Shown: one piece after another, positions 39,501 through 47,685 of the stretch
Numbering within the stretch: position 1 is the first letter of the stretch
How the letters are laid out: each line of letters starts with the position of its first letter
DNA from: Clostridia bacterium
GTDB lineage: Bacteria; Bacillota; Clostridia; Christensenellales; UBA1242
Reading direction: 5' to 3'
NCBI GenBank assembly: GCA_017466725.1
Contig: JAFTTP010000002.1
Location: forward strand, 955-64,954
DNA length: 64,000 nt
Notes under the pieces: generated by a model
Seen by the model: the letters and a program-made list of their open reading frames with translations, nothing else
Told to the model about the DNA's origin: nothing
Database searches by the model: none
Program-made: the position numbers and the translations under genes

Positions 39501-40169
39501 AATGTGGCTATGCCAGAAATTGGCAAACTGAAGAAGGATATCAATGCACTTGGCTATGTAAACGTCAATGCAATTGAAGATTGCAAGGTGTTGCTTGAAA
39601 GATATGACGACCTCAACGGACAGGCTGAAGACCTTGAAAAAGCGAAAGAAGATTTACTTAAAATTATTAAAGACCTTTCAGGAATTATGATTGAGAAGTT
39701 TAATAACGAGCTTGCCAAAATTAATGAAAGCTTTAAACTTACATTTAGAGAACTATTTGGCGGTGGATTTGCAAAACTTGCCCTGTCTGATGAAAACGAT
39801 CCTTTAGAAAGTGGGGTTGAAATTTTTGCTCAACCTCCAGGAAAGAAAATCCAAAATATGACTCTTCTTTCAGGTGGTGAAAAATCCCTTACCGCTATGG
39901 CTGTGATTTTCGCAATTTTGAGAATTAAACCATTGCCATTCTGCTTATTCGACGAAGTTGAGGCTGCACTTGACGATTCAAACGTTGAAATAGTTGACAA
40001 ATATCTTAAGAAGTTGTCTGGCGAAACTCAATTTATTCTTATCACTCACAAAAAACCAACAATGGAATATGCAAACGCGTTATTTGGTGTTACAATGGAA
40101 GAAAAAGGGGTATCTAAAATTGTTTCAGTACTTCTTTCAGACGCTATTAAACATGCTCAGGAGGCATAA
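36585..40169 (+). CDS. smc: Chromosome partition protein Smc
   Basis: 1194 aa with Walker A GPNGCGKSN, long coiled coils, a hinge, signature LSGGEKSLTA and Walker B LFDEVEAALD. Confidence 0.98.
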   Translation: MIFKKIEMVGFKSFADRTVIEFGDNFTAIVGPNGCGKSNVSDAIRWVLGEQSPKTLRGDSMQDVIFNGTEKRKSLSYCEVTLTFDNSERFFNFDYDELAITRKLYRSGESEYLINRNTCRLRDITNLLYNSGLGKNGYSVISQGKVTELVDAKPEARRAMFEDAAGISKYKSDKKEAENKLERTNDNLTRVRDILSEIERQMGPLKKQAENAKKYLEYKGQLKDLEVNAYIYQYEHANDEKEKINLKLDAINRQIDQREGDLAQANANYDKAMNELANFDKLLSSLNEKILELTIGLEKQESETKLARERVNFTLKENDRLNLEITNSKTALEIAEEERAKRLDELNALQDGLEALEKSFDELSNTYLAIANQLTLSEDEAGAGQQKVIETLGSLSDIKSSVSRLMAEKELLSSNLENLKGDIQSLTAKKAESDKNYKQTEEALLNKESKLKFVKTQIDDLTSKNYLAEGKIKDLETERANTTTQIKVYENRKKLLTDLQNEYEGYSYAVKKLLKESDRNPQIKRNIIGVVASLIKVPQKFETAIEVALGGALQNIVTHDEEGAKQLIAFLKQNSFGRATFLPVSSMKRRDLDERLVAGKNGCYGVASKLVDYDKSIDNVVSNLLGSTVIAENINIAISIAKETRYAFRIVTLEGDVVNPQGSLTGGSKKAESSNLMGREREIETLGIDIAKLEQRLLEIEKQIAAEQKANEENKKNLNVLNNGKNSIEVEIASEKEKLNTYSAVLVEATDNLKVAEMEFNTVTNKIRLIDDELNRSEKIQSALSGNKSDADELIKEHKEKFEKLRIERDQINNNILAVKVEIAEAKTKISSLNEDLTRIENEIGRHKTNIFNAEDMLAKNQEFIDSCEQMIKNKLASAPSSAKKQELETMLAKRAKAEHDKMSISERIKEYDTDKSNLMNELSSIKDKKFREEMNLSKVDTELEQMQERIYEEYSLSYTTCLEFRKAEFDINVAMPEIGKLKKDINALGYVNVNAIEDCKVLLERYDDLNGQAEDLEKAKEDLLKIIKDLSGIMIEKFNNELAKINESFKLTFRELFGGGFAKLALSDENDPLESGVEIFAQPPGKKIQNMTLLSGGEKSLTAMAVIFAILRIKPLPFCLFDEVEAALDDSNVEIVDKYLKKLSGETQFILITHKKPTMEYANALFGVTMEEKGVSKIVSVLLSDAIKHAQEA

Positions 40170-41066
40170 ATGGGATTATTTAAAAAAATTGGCAACGCAC
40201 TAAGAAAAACAAGAGAGGCTATTGCAAGAAAGATAGACTCTCTGCTTAGTCATGGTGAACTTGATGATGATTTTTATGATGAACTGACTGATATTTTAAT
40301 TTCTTGTGACATTGGCGCGCGTCTAAGCATGGAAATTGTTGAAAATTTGCGTCAACGCGCTAGAAAGGGTAAAATAAGAAAGGCAGAGGATGTAAAAACC
40401 GAGCTTAAAAATCTTTTGAAAGAAGATTTTGCCGCAGTCGAACCTATAGATATTCAATATCCTGCAATTATCACCATTGTAGGCGTAAACGGCGTTGGCA
40501 AAACAACGACTATTGGCAAATTGTCACAGTATTTTAAGAACAATAAAAAAGAGTGTACTTTAGTTGCGGCTGATACATTCCGTGCTGCAGCATCAAACCA
40601 GCTTAACGAATGGGCAAACCGCACAAAAACAAGAATTATCAAGCACGCAGAGGGGGCTGATGCTGCCGCTGTTGTGTTTGATGGTATTACAAGCGCAAAA
40701 GCAAAAGGCACGGATGTTTTGTTGGTTGATACAGCAGGCAGACTTCATACTAAAACAAACCTTATGGAAGAACTTAAAAAGATTGATAAGGTGATAAATC
40801 GTGAGTATCCAGATGCAAATCGATATACATTTATAGTGCTTGATGCTACAACTGGTCAAAACGCACTCAACCAAATCAACGCATTCAACGATTTTGTTGA
40901 AATTGATGGAATCGTGCTTACAAAACTTGACGGAACTGCCAAAGGCGGTGTTATAATTGGCATTCAAAAGGATTATGGTTTGCCGGTTGCATTTGTTGGT
41001 GTGGGTGAAGGTGCCGATGATCTTGAAGAATTTGACTATAACGAATTTGTAGATAATTTATTTTAA
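40170..41066 (+). CDS. ftsY: Signal recognition particle receptor FtsY
   Basis: NG domain with GVNGVGKTTT, DTAGR and TKLDG. Confidence 0.97.
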   Translation: MGLFKKIGNALRKTREAIARKIDSLLSHGELDDDFYDELTDILISCDIGARLSMEIVENLRQRARKGKIRKAEDVKTELKNLLKEDFAAVEPIDIQYPAIITIVGVNGVGKTTTIGKLSQYFKNNKKECTLVAADTFRAAASNQLNEWANRTKTRIIKHAEGADAAAVVFDGITSAKAKGTDVLLVDTAGRLHTKTNLMEELKKIDKVINREYPDANRYTFIVLDATTGQNALNQINAFNDFVEIDGIVLTKLDGTAKGGVIIGIQKDYGLPVAFVGVGEGADDLEEFDYNEFVDNLF

Positions 41067-41077
41067 TCTTTGTAACT

Positions 41078-41107
41078 AAAAAACAGCATTTCAAATGCTG
41101 TTTTTTA
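41078..41107. terminator. Bidirectional rho-independent terminator
   Basis: Stem CAGCATT / AATGCTG with a 3-nt loop, flanked by an A-run and a T-run. Confidence 0.8.
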
Positions 41108-41114
41108 TATGTTG

Positions 41115-41408
41115 TTACAGTTGCAATTCATTTTCTGCACGTTCTATTTCTTCTAGTTTGTTTTCAATAAAAATTGTATAGTATAATCCTTCCTCACTTC
41201 TGTCTGGTTTTATTAATCCGCGATCAAGTAATTCGTTAAGAGTGTTAATTAAAATATCGCGTGCTACAAATAAACGGATTTCTTTTCCGCATTTTGCTTG
41301 GTAAGGTAATAGCAGACTTTCAAGTGTAAAAGGTCGATTTTGAGTAAGAATTAATTGTTGAGCTATTTGATAAAACGTTTCAATATCATTGATTGATGTA
41401 TTTTTCAT
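41115..41408 (-). CDS. Small hypothetical protein (97 aa), possibly winged-helix-like
   Basis: ORF with a GGAGAAAA RBS. It looks AT-rich by eye. The NTLNELLDRGLIKPDRSEEGLYYTI pattern resembles a wHTH wing. No family recognised. Confidence 0.5.
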   Translation of the reverse strand: MKNTSINDIETFYQIAQQLILTQNRPFTLESLLLPYQAKCGKEIRLFVARDILINTLNELLDRGLIKPDRSEEGLYYTIFIENKLEEIERAENELQL

Positions 41409-41533
41409 AATTTTCTCCTTATATTCCTATTATACAACTTTTATTTTATTTGTCAATAAAAATCTTCGGACTAGCAAATTTCGACAACTTTCAACATATA
41501 TAATACCATTGAGTTTTTTAGGGTGGTGAGTGT

Positions 41534-42229
41534 ATGGTTTATGAAAGTTTTGCAAAGTTTATGGGCAGCATCTGTTGTTTTACATCTTATGTAAGCAGCA
41601 TACAAGGCTTTCCAAAACCATTAAGCAAAGAAGAAGAGCAACTTTGGATTGATAAACTTGCTGAAGGTGACGAAAAGGCAAGGGAAGTGCTTATCAATCA
41701 CAATTTAAGGCTTGTTTCTCACATTGTAAAAAAATACTCGAATTCGTTGGAGGCAGACGACCTTATTTCTGTTGGAACAATAGGCCTTATCAAAGCGGTG
41801 GATTCATTTAAGGGGAATAAAGGTGTTCTTCTTTCGACATATGCATCTCGTTGCATTGAAAATGAAATTTTGATGCTTATTCGGGCAAATAAAAAGCATA
41901 AAGATACGCTTTCTTTAAACAGCATATTATCACCAAAAAGTGATAGTGATGACATGGAACTTGCAAATCTTATTCCCGCAGAAAGTGAGGATGAGGTGTT
42001 TGCTCAGGTAGAGAGGCAGGTGCTTATGGAGGACGTTGAAAAATGCATGGAACAACATCTTTCGCCCATGGAACAAGAGATATTAAAATATCGTTATGGA
42101 ATTATGGGATACCCTCAAAAAACACAGAAAGAAGTGGCTGTAATTTTTAATATATCTCGTTCATATATTTCAAGGATTGAAAGCAAAGTTTTGAAAATAA
42201 TGCAAAAAAATCTTGCAAAAAGTGACTAA
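41534..42229 (+). CDS. sigK: RNA polymerase sporulation sigma factor SigK (pro-sigma-K, uninterrupted)
   Basis: The N-terminus MVYESFAKFMGSICCFTSYVSSIQGFPKPLSKEEE parallels the B. subtilis pro-sigma-K prosequence and its S/YV cleavage region. HNLRLVSHIVKKY and regions 2-4 are present. No skin-like insertion is visible. Confidence 0.85.
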   Translation: MVYESFAKFMGSICCFTSYVSSIQGFPKPLSKEEEQLWIDKLAEGDEKAREVLINHNLRLVSHIVKKYSNSLEADDLISVGTIGLIKAVDSFKGNKGVLLSTYASRCIENEILMLIRANKKHKDTLSLNSILSPKSDSDDMELANLIPAESEDEVFAQVERQVLMEDVEKCMEQHLSPMEQEILKYRYGIMGYPQKTQKEVAVIFNISRSYISRIESKVLKIMQKNLAKSD

Positions 42230-42358
42230 AAAGCCAGTGAATTAGGCAAAAAACTAATAAAAAGATAATTTTTTTCAAAAAGTGCTTAAATTTTGTTGGG
42301 TTTTTAAAAAAAATAATTATATAATAATTATGACAAAATTTTTTCTTTGGGGTGCGAT

Positions 42359-43717
42359 ATGGAAAAAATTGAATTTTATCGAGTAGTAAACAAATTGATT
42401 TTGCCCTTATTTACAGGCTCGTTTATTGAAGGGGAAGAAGAGTCTACTTCGCGTGACAGTGAAGTCGCTTACGGCAAGAAAAACTCCCTTTTGATTAAAC
42501 CATCAAAGTCTGATGAATATAGGCTTATTTTAAAGCGTGGACAACCTTTTCAAATGTTTGAGGTTAATTTGCTTAAGTCCATCATTAAAGAACTTGATTT
42601 TATATCTGAAAATGGCTATGATGACGATAGTTATATGACAGTGTTGCAAGAAAACGCAATCGAAAAGTCTATTTGTCAATCTATTTGCGACTCAAGTGAA
42701 ACAGCAAGCAGCATGTTTGGCATAATAAATGACCTTGAAAAATGGGCGCTAAGGACGTATGAAGGCAATAAGGTTGCAATTGGTATTATTCTAAATACAT
42801 TTCTTGATTTAAGTGAACAAGAAGAGATTATTGGTTATTCTGATGTAATCAATAAGGATTTCTTTGCGCTTTTGTCTGATGGCGAAAATTCATACATAGA
42901 ATTTGATAAGATGGGCAATTTAGTTGGCTATGTGCAAATGGACAAGGTTAAGAAGGCGCCTTGCATTGCCCCTTATGAATTTGAAAATATTGCAAGATAT
43001 TGTAACGACAGAAAAATCGGTATAGTACTTACTAAAGCGGGTGATTTTCTCATCTTTAAAAATAGAAATTTGCTGTTTTCAAAGCGTCAAGGCGTATGGA
43101 ACATTTATTCTCACGAAGAGGTTATTCAGTTGCTTTCAAATCGTGGCAGCTATTCGCTTAAAGATATTCGACGTTCAATTTACTATACAGCGCTTGACTC
43201 TGCATTCTCATATGATGGGGGCTGCCTTGTATACTTAAATAAAGATATGGCAGAAAATGCACTAACTCATATAAATGTCCATGACATTTTAGATGAGCGC
43301 TACTTTGAAATTAAGAAAGCACAAGAATTTGAAAAAGCACCTAAAAAATCTTGGCCAACACTTGAAAAAATGTATAATGTACCTTATGTTACCTTTCTTA
43401 AAGAAGAGAATTGCATTAAGGCGCAAGCATTACGAAAAATTATTAATGGTAAACCATTTCATGAACTTAGCCGCCGCTTAAGACAAGAGCTTGTAAGTAT
43501 GGATGGTGCGACAATTATTGATAGTGATGGTACAATTATTGCGGTTGGTGCAATCATTAAAATTGAGGCTGGAAGTGAGGGCGGCGGTCGTTTGGCTGCA
43601 GCTGCAACCTTGTCAAAATATGGTATTGCAATTAAAATTTCTCAAGATGGCAACTTGAAAGTGTTGTCTCAAGAAAAAAAGAGCGGAAAATCTAGACTAT
43701 TATTTAGTGTGGGTTAA
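42359..43717 (+). CDS. Hypothetical protein with a C-terminal diadenylate-cyclase (DisA_N/DAC)-like domain of divergent active site
   Basis: The C-terminus MDGATIIDSDGTIIAVGAIIKIEAGSEGGGRLAAAATLSKYGIAIKISQDGNLKV aligns by eye to HDGAVI...LGTRHRAAxGISExTDAxxIVVSEETGxIS of CdaA/DisA. DGA is retained and RHR is replaced by GRL. The N-terminal ~270 aa are unassigned. Confidence 0.6.
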   Translation: MEKIEFYRVVNKLILPLFTGSFIEGEEESTSRDSEVAYGKKNSLLIKPSKSDEYRLILKRGQPFQMFEVNLLKSIIKELDFISENGYDDDSYMTVLQENAIEKSICQSICDSSETASSMFGIINDLEKWALRTYEGNKVAIGIILNTFLDLSEQEEIIGYSDVINKDFFALLSDGENSYIEFDKMGNLVGYVQMDKVKKAPCIAPYEFENIARYCNDRKIGIVLTKAGDFLIFKNRNLLFSKRQGVWNIYSHEEVIQLLSNRGSYSLKDIRRSIYYTALDSAFSYDGGCLVYLNKDMAENALTHINVHDILDERYFEIKKAQEFEKAPKKSWPTLEKMYNVPYVTFLKEENCIKAQALRKIINGKPFHELSRRLRQELVSMDGATIIDSDGTIIAVGAIIKIEAGSEGGGRLAAAATLSKYGIAIKISQDGNLKVLSQEKKSGKSRLLFSVG

Positions 43718-43723
43718 AAATTT

Positions 43724-43753
43724 GCCTGCGTTTATTGACACGCAGGCTTTTTT
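43724..43753 (+). terminator. Rho-independent terminator
   Basis: Stem GCCTGCG / CGCAGGC with a 10-nt loop, followed by TTTTTT. Confidence 0.8.
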
Positions 43754-43763
43754 GTTGTATAAT
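43735..43763 (+). promoter_or_regulatory. Consensus sigma-A promoter TTGACA-17-TATAAT for rnpB
   Basis: The -35 TTGACA lies in the loop of the preceding terminator hairpin. The -10 TATAAT ends 6 nt before the predicted RNase P RNA 5-prime end. Confidence 0.7.
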
Positions 43764-43768
43764 TGTAG

Positions 43769-44093
43769 TAGTTATGCAGACAATCGCGTCAATTTTTGAT
43801 GAGGAAAGTCCGAGCATCAAGAGAACTGGGTGCTGGCTAACGGCCAGCGGAGGCGACTCTAGGGATAGTGCAACAGAAATAAACCGCCTAAACACGTTTA
43901 GGTAAGGATGGAAAGGTGGTGTAAGAGACCACCGCTTGAGAGGAGATTCTCAAGGCTCTGTAAACCCCACCTGATGCAAGGTAAAGGTCAATGTGCTTGT
44001 TCTCTCACGACCGAGATGCCGCTTGAACTTGCTGGCAACAGCAAGGCTAGATAGATGATTGTCTAATACAGAACTCGGCTTACAGCATAACTA
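43769..44093 (+). ncRNA. rnpB: RNase P RNA (bacterial; probably the Firmicute class B architecture)
   Basis: The two P4 strands are GAGGAAAGTCCG (near 43800) and ACAGAACTCGGCTTA (near 44068). P1 pairs TAGTTATGC (43769-43777) with GCATAACTA (44085-44093). The ends are approximate. Confidence 0.9.
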
Positions 44094-44094
44094 G

Positions 44095-44117
44095 TCGGCT
44101 ATACGCCGATTTTTTTT
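44095..44117 (+). terminator. Rho-independent terminator after rnpB
   Basis: Stem TCGGC / GCCGA with a 5-nt loop, followed by a T8 run. Confidence 0.75.
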
Positions 44118-44154
44118 ATTGTATAACATTTAATATTTGGTCAATAAATCTTAT

Positions 44155-45381
44155 ATGAAAAAGAAAGAGTATATTGAAAAACTTGAAAATTTAATAGTAA
44201 ATAGGGTAAAATTTCATGCGCCAAAAGTGAACGAAAGCAGTGTCGATTTTTCATTGCTGCGCGCCATAAACGTTGACGAGAAATATCCTATATTTATTTT
44301 TGAAAAGCCGCTAAATAAGGTGTTATTTCATGCATTTTTAAAGGCAAAAAATAGATGTAAATTTAATTTAATCTTAATGGGCGCACCCGATATTTCATCT
44401 AAAAAAATCATGCGACTAGAAAAGACTTATTTGCTTGATAAAAACCTGCTGGGCAGTGGCCTTCTAGACGTGTTATATTCTTTAAATATAAACTATACAA
44501 GTACGCCAGTTTTTGAACGAACTAGAAAAGATGAATATTTAAAGATTAACAATCAAAATGTAAAGCTTGATTTTGTGCCATTTTACAACCATAAAAAATG
44601 GATGTTTAATGGTATTATAGGACAAGTTAGGCAGTTTTTATTAAATGGTAAAAATTATAGTCTTGAATTTGTAAATACACGCAACTGTGTAAATGAAGTT
44701 GAGTTTGAAATAAACCTTCCTCTTCCGCAAGGATATTACAGCTTTAAAAGGTCTTTTGACCATATTGAAATTAACAATTTAACCAGCAAAGATAGGGCGT
44801 TTTTTAACTATTTTGTAAAAGATGCTAAGGTGGAGTTTTCGTGCGTTGAAGGGATTGAAAACTGTACATTTGCTTGTGTGAATATGAAGGGTAAAATTGC
44901 GCTTAAGCCTAAACAAAAAAAATATGTGTTTTTTAATTTTGGAAATGAACGATTTAACCTCATTTCAGCCCGAGATATACAAACCTTTTTTGATGACTCG
45001 CAAAGTGAAATGTTTAAAATATTTGATGCTAGAATAATAAGTAAAAATGCAAGGTTTGACGAGATGTTTAATTTGCAGTTGCCAAAATCCATTTGGGACG
45101 CTTGGGGACGCTTTTCATGCAACCGAACTGCAGAAGAAAAATGGCTTGCGATAAGGAGTTCAATAATAAAGTCTTCAGAGAAAGGAATTGAAATTTGTGA
45201 AGAGCAACTTCCTCTAAAAGAAATACAGTTGTATAAAAACAATCTTTGGAAAAGAATCTTTATTATGTATGGCGAAAGTAAATATTTGTTTGCAGGCAAA
45301 GTCAAATATTATAATTTCACAACTTTGACAAAAGAAATTTTTGATAAAAACAATGAAATTTACTTGTCTTTTGCGTCCTAA
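44155..45381 (+). CDS. Hypothetical protein (408 aa), no recognisable family
   Basis: A long uninterrupted ORF that looks AT-rich by eye and is rich in N/K/F/I. I see no motifs and no obvious RBS. Confidence 0.55.
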   Translation: MKKKEYIEKLENLIVNRVKFHAPKVNESSVDFSLLRAINVDEKYPIFIFEKPLNKVLFHAFLKAKNRCKFNLILMGAPDISSKKIMRLEKTYLLDKNLLGSGLLDVLYSLNINYTSTPVFERTRKDEYLKINNQNVKLDFVPFYNHKKWMFNGIIGQVRQFLLNGKNYSLEFVNTRNCVNEVEFEINLPLPQGYYSFKRSFDHIEINNLTSKDRAFFNYFVKDAKVEFSCVEGIENCTFACVNMKGKIALKPKQKKYVFFNFGNERFNLISARDIQTFFDDSQSEMFKIFDARIISKNARFDEMFNLQLPKSIWDAWGRFSCNRTAEEKWLAIRSSIIKSSEKGIEICEEQLPLKEIQLYKNNLWKRIFIMYGESKYLFAGKVKYYNFTTLTKEIFDKNNEIYLSFAS

Positions 45382-45401
45382 TTGTTGTATGATAAAAAAG
45401 A

Positions 45402-46673
45402 ATGGAAAATAAAGCGAGAGTTCCACTTGCAGAAAAGATGCGCCCTAAATCGTTTAATGATTTTGTGGGGCAAGGGCATATTGTGGGTAAAAATTCACTT
45501 TTGTATAGGGCTATCACTTACGGTACACTGGGTAGCTGCATTTTTTATGGCCCACCAGGTACTGGCAAGACAACGCTTGCAAATATAATTGCCTCTTCTC
45601 TTAAAGCTAATTACGTTAAACTTAATGCTGTTACTAGTGGTGTGGGCGATGCAAAAGCAATTATTGAGAGGGCAAAAGCAGACAAGGCAATGCTTGGCAC
45701 TGATACATTTTTAATTTTAGATGAATGCCATAGATGGAACAAAGCACAATCTGATTGTGTGTTGGAGGCAATTGAAGACGGTTCCATTTTCTTTATAGGT
45801 ACAACTACTGAAAACCCATATACTTCAATGACTAGGGCGATAGTTTCAAGGTGTAGAATTTTTGAATTTAAACCTTTGACTTCTGCAGACATTAAAAGTG
45901 CACTGATTAGGGCGATAAATGATAAAGAACGCGGACTTGGCAATCTTCCTATTGAGTATGACGATGAGGCGCTTGACTATATTGCATACGCAAGTGGCGG
46001 CGACTTAAGAAATTCGCTTAATGCGCTTGAACTGGCAGTAATGACATCACCGGTTGAAAAAGATAAAAAAATCCATTTGAATTTGCAAACCGCGCAAGAA
46101 TCAACAGATAAAAAATCATTGTCGCTTGATGAAAATATGTTTTATGATTTCCTGTCTGCATTTTGTAAAAGTTTAAGGGGAAGTGATGTTGAGGCTGCGC
46201 TGTATTACAGCCAAAGGCTAATCAATGCAGGCTGCGACGCGATGGTGATTGCCAGAAGACTTGTTGCACATGCATCAGAAGATGTTGGCATGGCAGATTC
46301 AAATGCGCTTTTACTTGCAACTAGCGCAATGTATGCAGTTGAAAAAATGGGGGTGCCAGAGGGATTGATTCCTCTTACTCATGCAATTATTTATGTTTGC
46401 GAGGCTGAAAAGTCTAACTCTGTTGTTAAAGCGATGCATATGGCTCAAGATGATGCGTTAAATCATACTGACAACAAAGTGCCAAATCACTTAAAAAACC
46501 ATCCAAGCACAAATGCGGATGGACATGGTAAATATAAATATCCTCATGAATATGGTGGGTATGTAAAACAACAATATATGCCAGATTCGCTGAAAGATAG
46601 GGTTTACTATCAACCAAGTCAAAATGGCAGAGAAAAAAATATCATAAGAAAAAAGTTTAAAGGGGACAAATAA
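45402..46673 (+). CDS. rarA: Replication-associated recombination protein A (RarA/MgsA AAA+ ATPase)
   Basis: Walker A GPPGTGKTT, Walker B LILDECHRWNK, and a MgsA C-terminal domain with the HPSTNADGHGKYKYPHEYGG motif. Confidence 0.95.
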   Translation: MENKARVPLAEKMRPKSFNDFVGQGHIVGKNSLLYRAITYGTLGSCIFYGPPGTGKTTLANIIASSLKANYVKLNAVTSGVGDAKAIIERAKADKAMLGTDTFLILDECHRWNKAQSDCVLEAIEDGSIFFIGTTTENPYTSMTRAIVSRCRIFEFKPLTSADIKSALIRAINDKERGLGNLPIEYDDEALDYIAYASGGDLRNSLNALELAVMTSPVEKDKKIHLNLQTAQESTDKKSLSLDENMFYDFLSAFCKSLRGSDVEAALYYSQRLINAGCDAMVIARRLVAHASEDVGMADSNALLLATSAMYAVEKMGVPEGLIPLTHAIIYVCEAEKSNSVVKAMHMAQDDALNHTDNKVPNHLKNHPSTNADGHGKYKYPHEYGGYVKQQYMPDSLKDRVYYQPSQNGREKNIIRKKFKGDK

Positions 46674-46674
46674 A

Positions 46675-47685
46675 ATGTTTGGACATAGAAGCGACGGAAA
46701 AAAAGTAAAGGGGCTTGATATCATTGAAAAAGCAGGCCCATACTTTATGAATCAAAGAATTGACGCCGTAAACTATATCACTGTAAAAATACCTTGCTCA
46801 CCTATGGATGAGTTTATTGCAAGAGAGCGCAAAAATGGAAATAGTTATTCGTATATGCACATCCTTTTTGCAACCATTGTAAGAGTGCTTTATACAAAGA
46901 AAAAACTTAACAGATTTATCATGCGCGGGGCAATTTACCAAAGAAATACAATAAGTATTACTATGGACGTTAAGAAAAAGCTTACTGAAGAGGGCGAAGA
47001 CATGACGCTTAAGTTTATGTTTACCGGGAGAGAATCGCTTGCTCAAATTAAGGAAATAATTGACAACGAAATTGCTAAAAACGTAGCGCCAGAAGAGGCA
47101 TCAGACCAAACCACAAAAACTGCAGGTAAATTCTGTAAGTTACCTGATTTCTTATTTAGATGGGCGCTTGCACTTGCAAGATGGCTTGATAAACGCGGGA
47201 TGTTGCCAAAAAGTTTAATTAAGGCAAGCCCATTCCATACAAGCTGTTTTGTAACAAATTTAAAGTCAATCAAACTTGGTCACATCTATCACCATCTTTA
47301 TAACTTTGGTACTACCTCAATGTTCTTCTCGATGGGTAAGGAACAAATGGAACCAGTAGTTGAAAATAACAAAGAAATTAAGGTTGCAAAAATACTTAAT
47401 ATAGGCATGAGTCTTGACGAGCGCGTTGCAGACGGTTTTTATATGGGCAAATGCTTAAAACTTTTTAAAGATTTAATGACAAACCCAGATTCTTTGTTGG
47501 AATCTATGCCAGATGATGGCTCAATACCAAAACAAATCATTAAAAAGAAGAAGGCAAAAGTAAAAAAGGTTGACAAACTTAAGAAAGAGAAAAAAGAAAA
47601 GAAACCAAAAAAGATTAAACCTCTGAAAAACAAAGAAAAACTTGATAAAAAAATGAAAAAACGCAAAAAAGAAGATGAAGAATAG
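46675..47685 (+). CDS. Stand-alone 2-oxoacid dehydrogenase E2 / CAT-like acyltransferase-fold protein with a variant active-site motif and a poly-Lys tail
   Basis: The C-terminal core NIGMSLDERVADGFYMGKCLKLFKDLMTNPDSLL matches the E2 catalytic motif (S.DHRxxDG...F...L..P..LL), with His replaced by Glu. There is no lipoyl or E3-binding domain. The last ~50 aa are a K-rich tail. Confidence 0.6.
   Translation: MFGHRSDGKKVKGLDIIEKAGPYFMNQRIDAVNYITVKIPCSPMDEFIARERKNGNSYSYMHILFATIVRVLYTKKKLNRFIMRGAIYQRNTISITMDVKKKLTEEGEDMTLKFMFTGRESLAQIKEIIDNEIAKNVAPEEASDQTTKTAGKFCKLPDFLFRWALALARWLDKRGMLPKSLIKASPFHTSCFVTNLKSIKLGHIYHHLYNFGTTSMFFSMGKEQMEPVVENNKEIKVAKILNIGMSLDERVADGFYMGKCLKLFKDLMTNPDSLLESMPDDGSIPKQIIKKKKAKVKKVDKLKKEKKEKKPKKIKPLKNKEKLDKKMKKRKKEDEE

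Noticed and set aside
45382-45588. A 68-aa ORF and minus-strand ORFs overlapping the rarA start region
   Set aside because: They are out of frame with, or antisense to, a confidently identified rarA, and have no independent signals.
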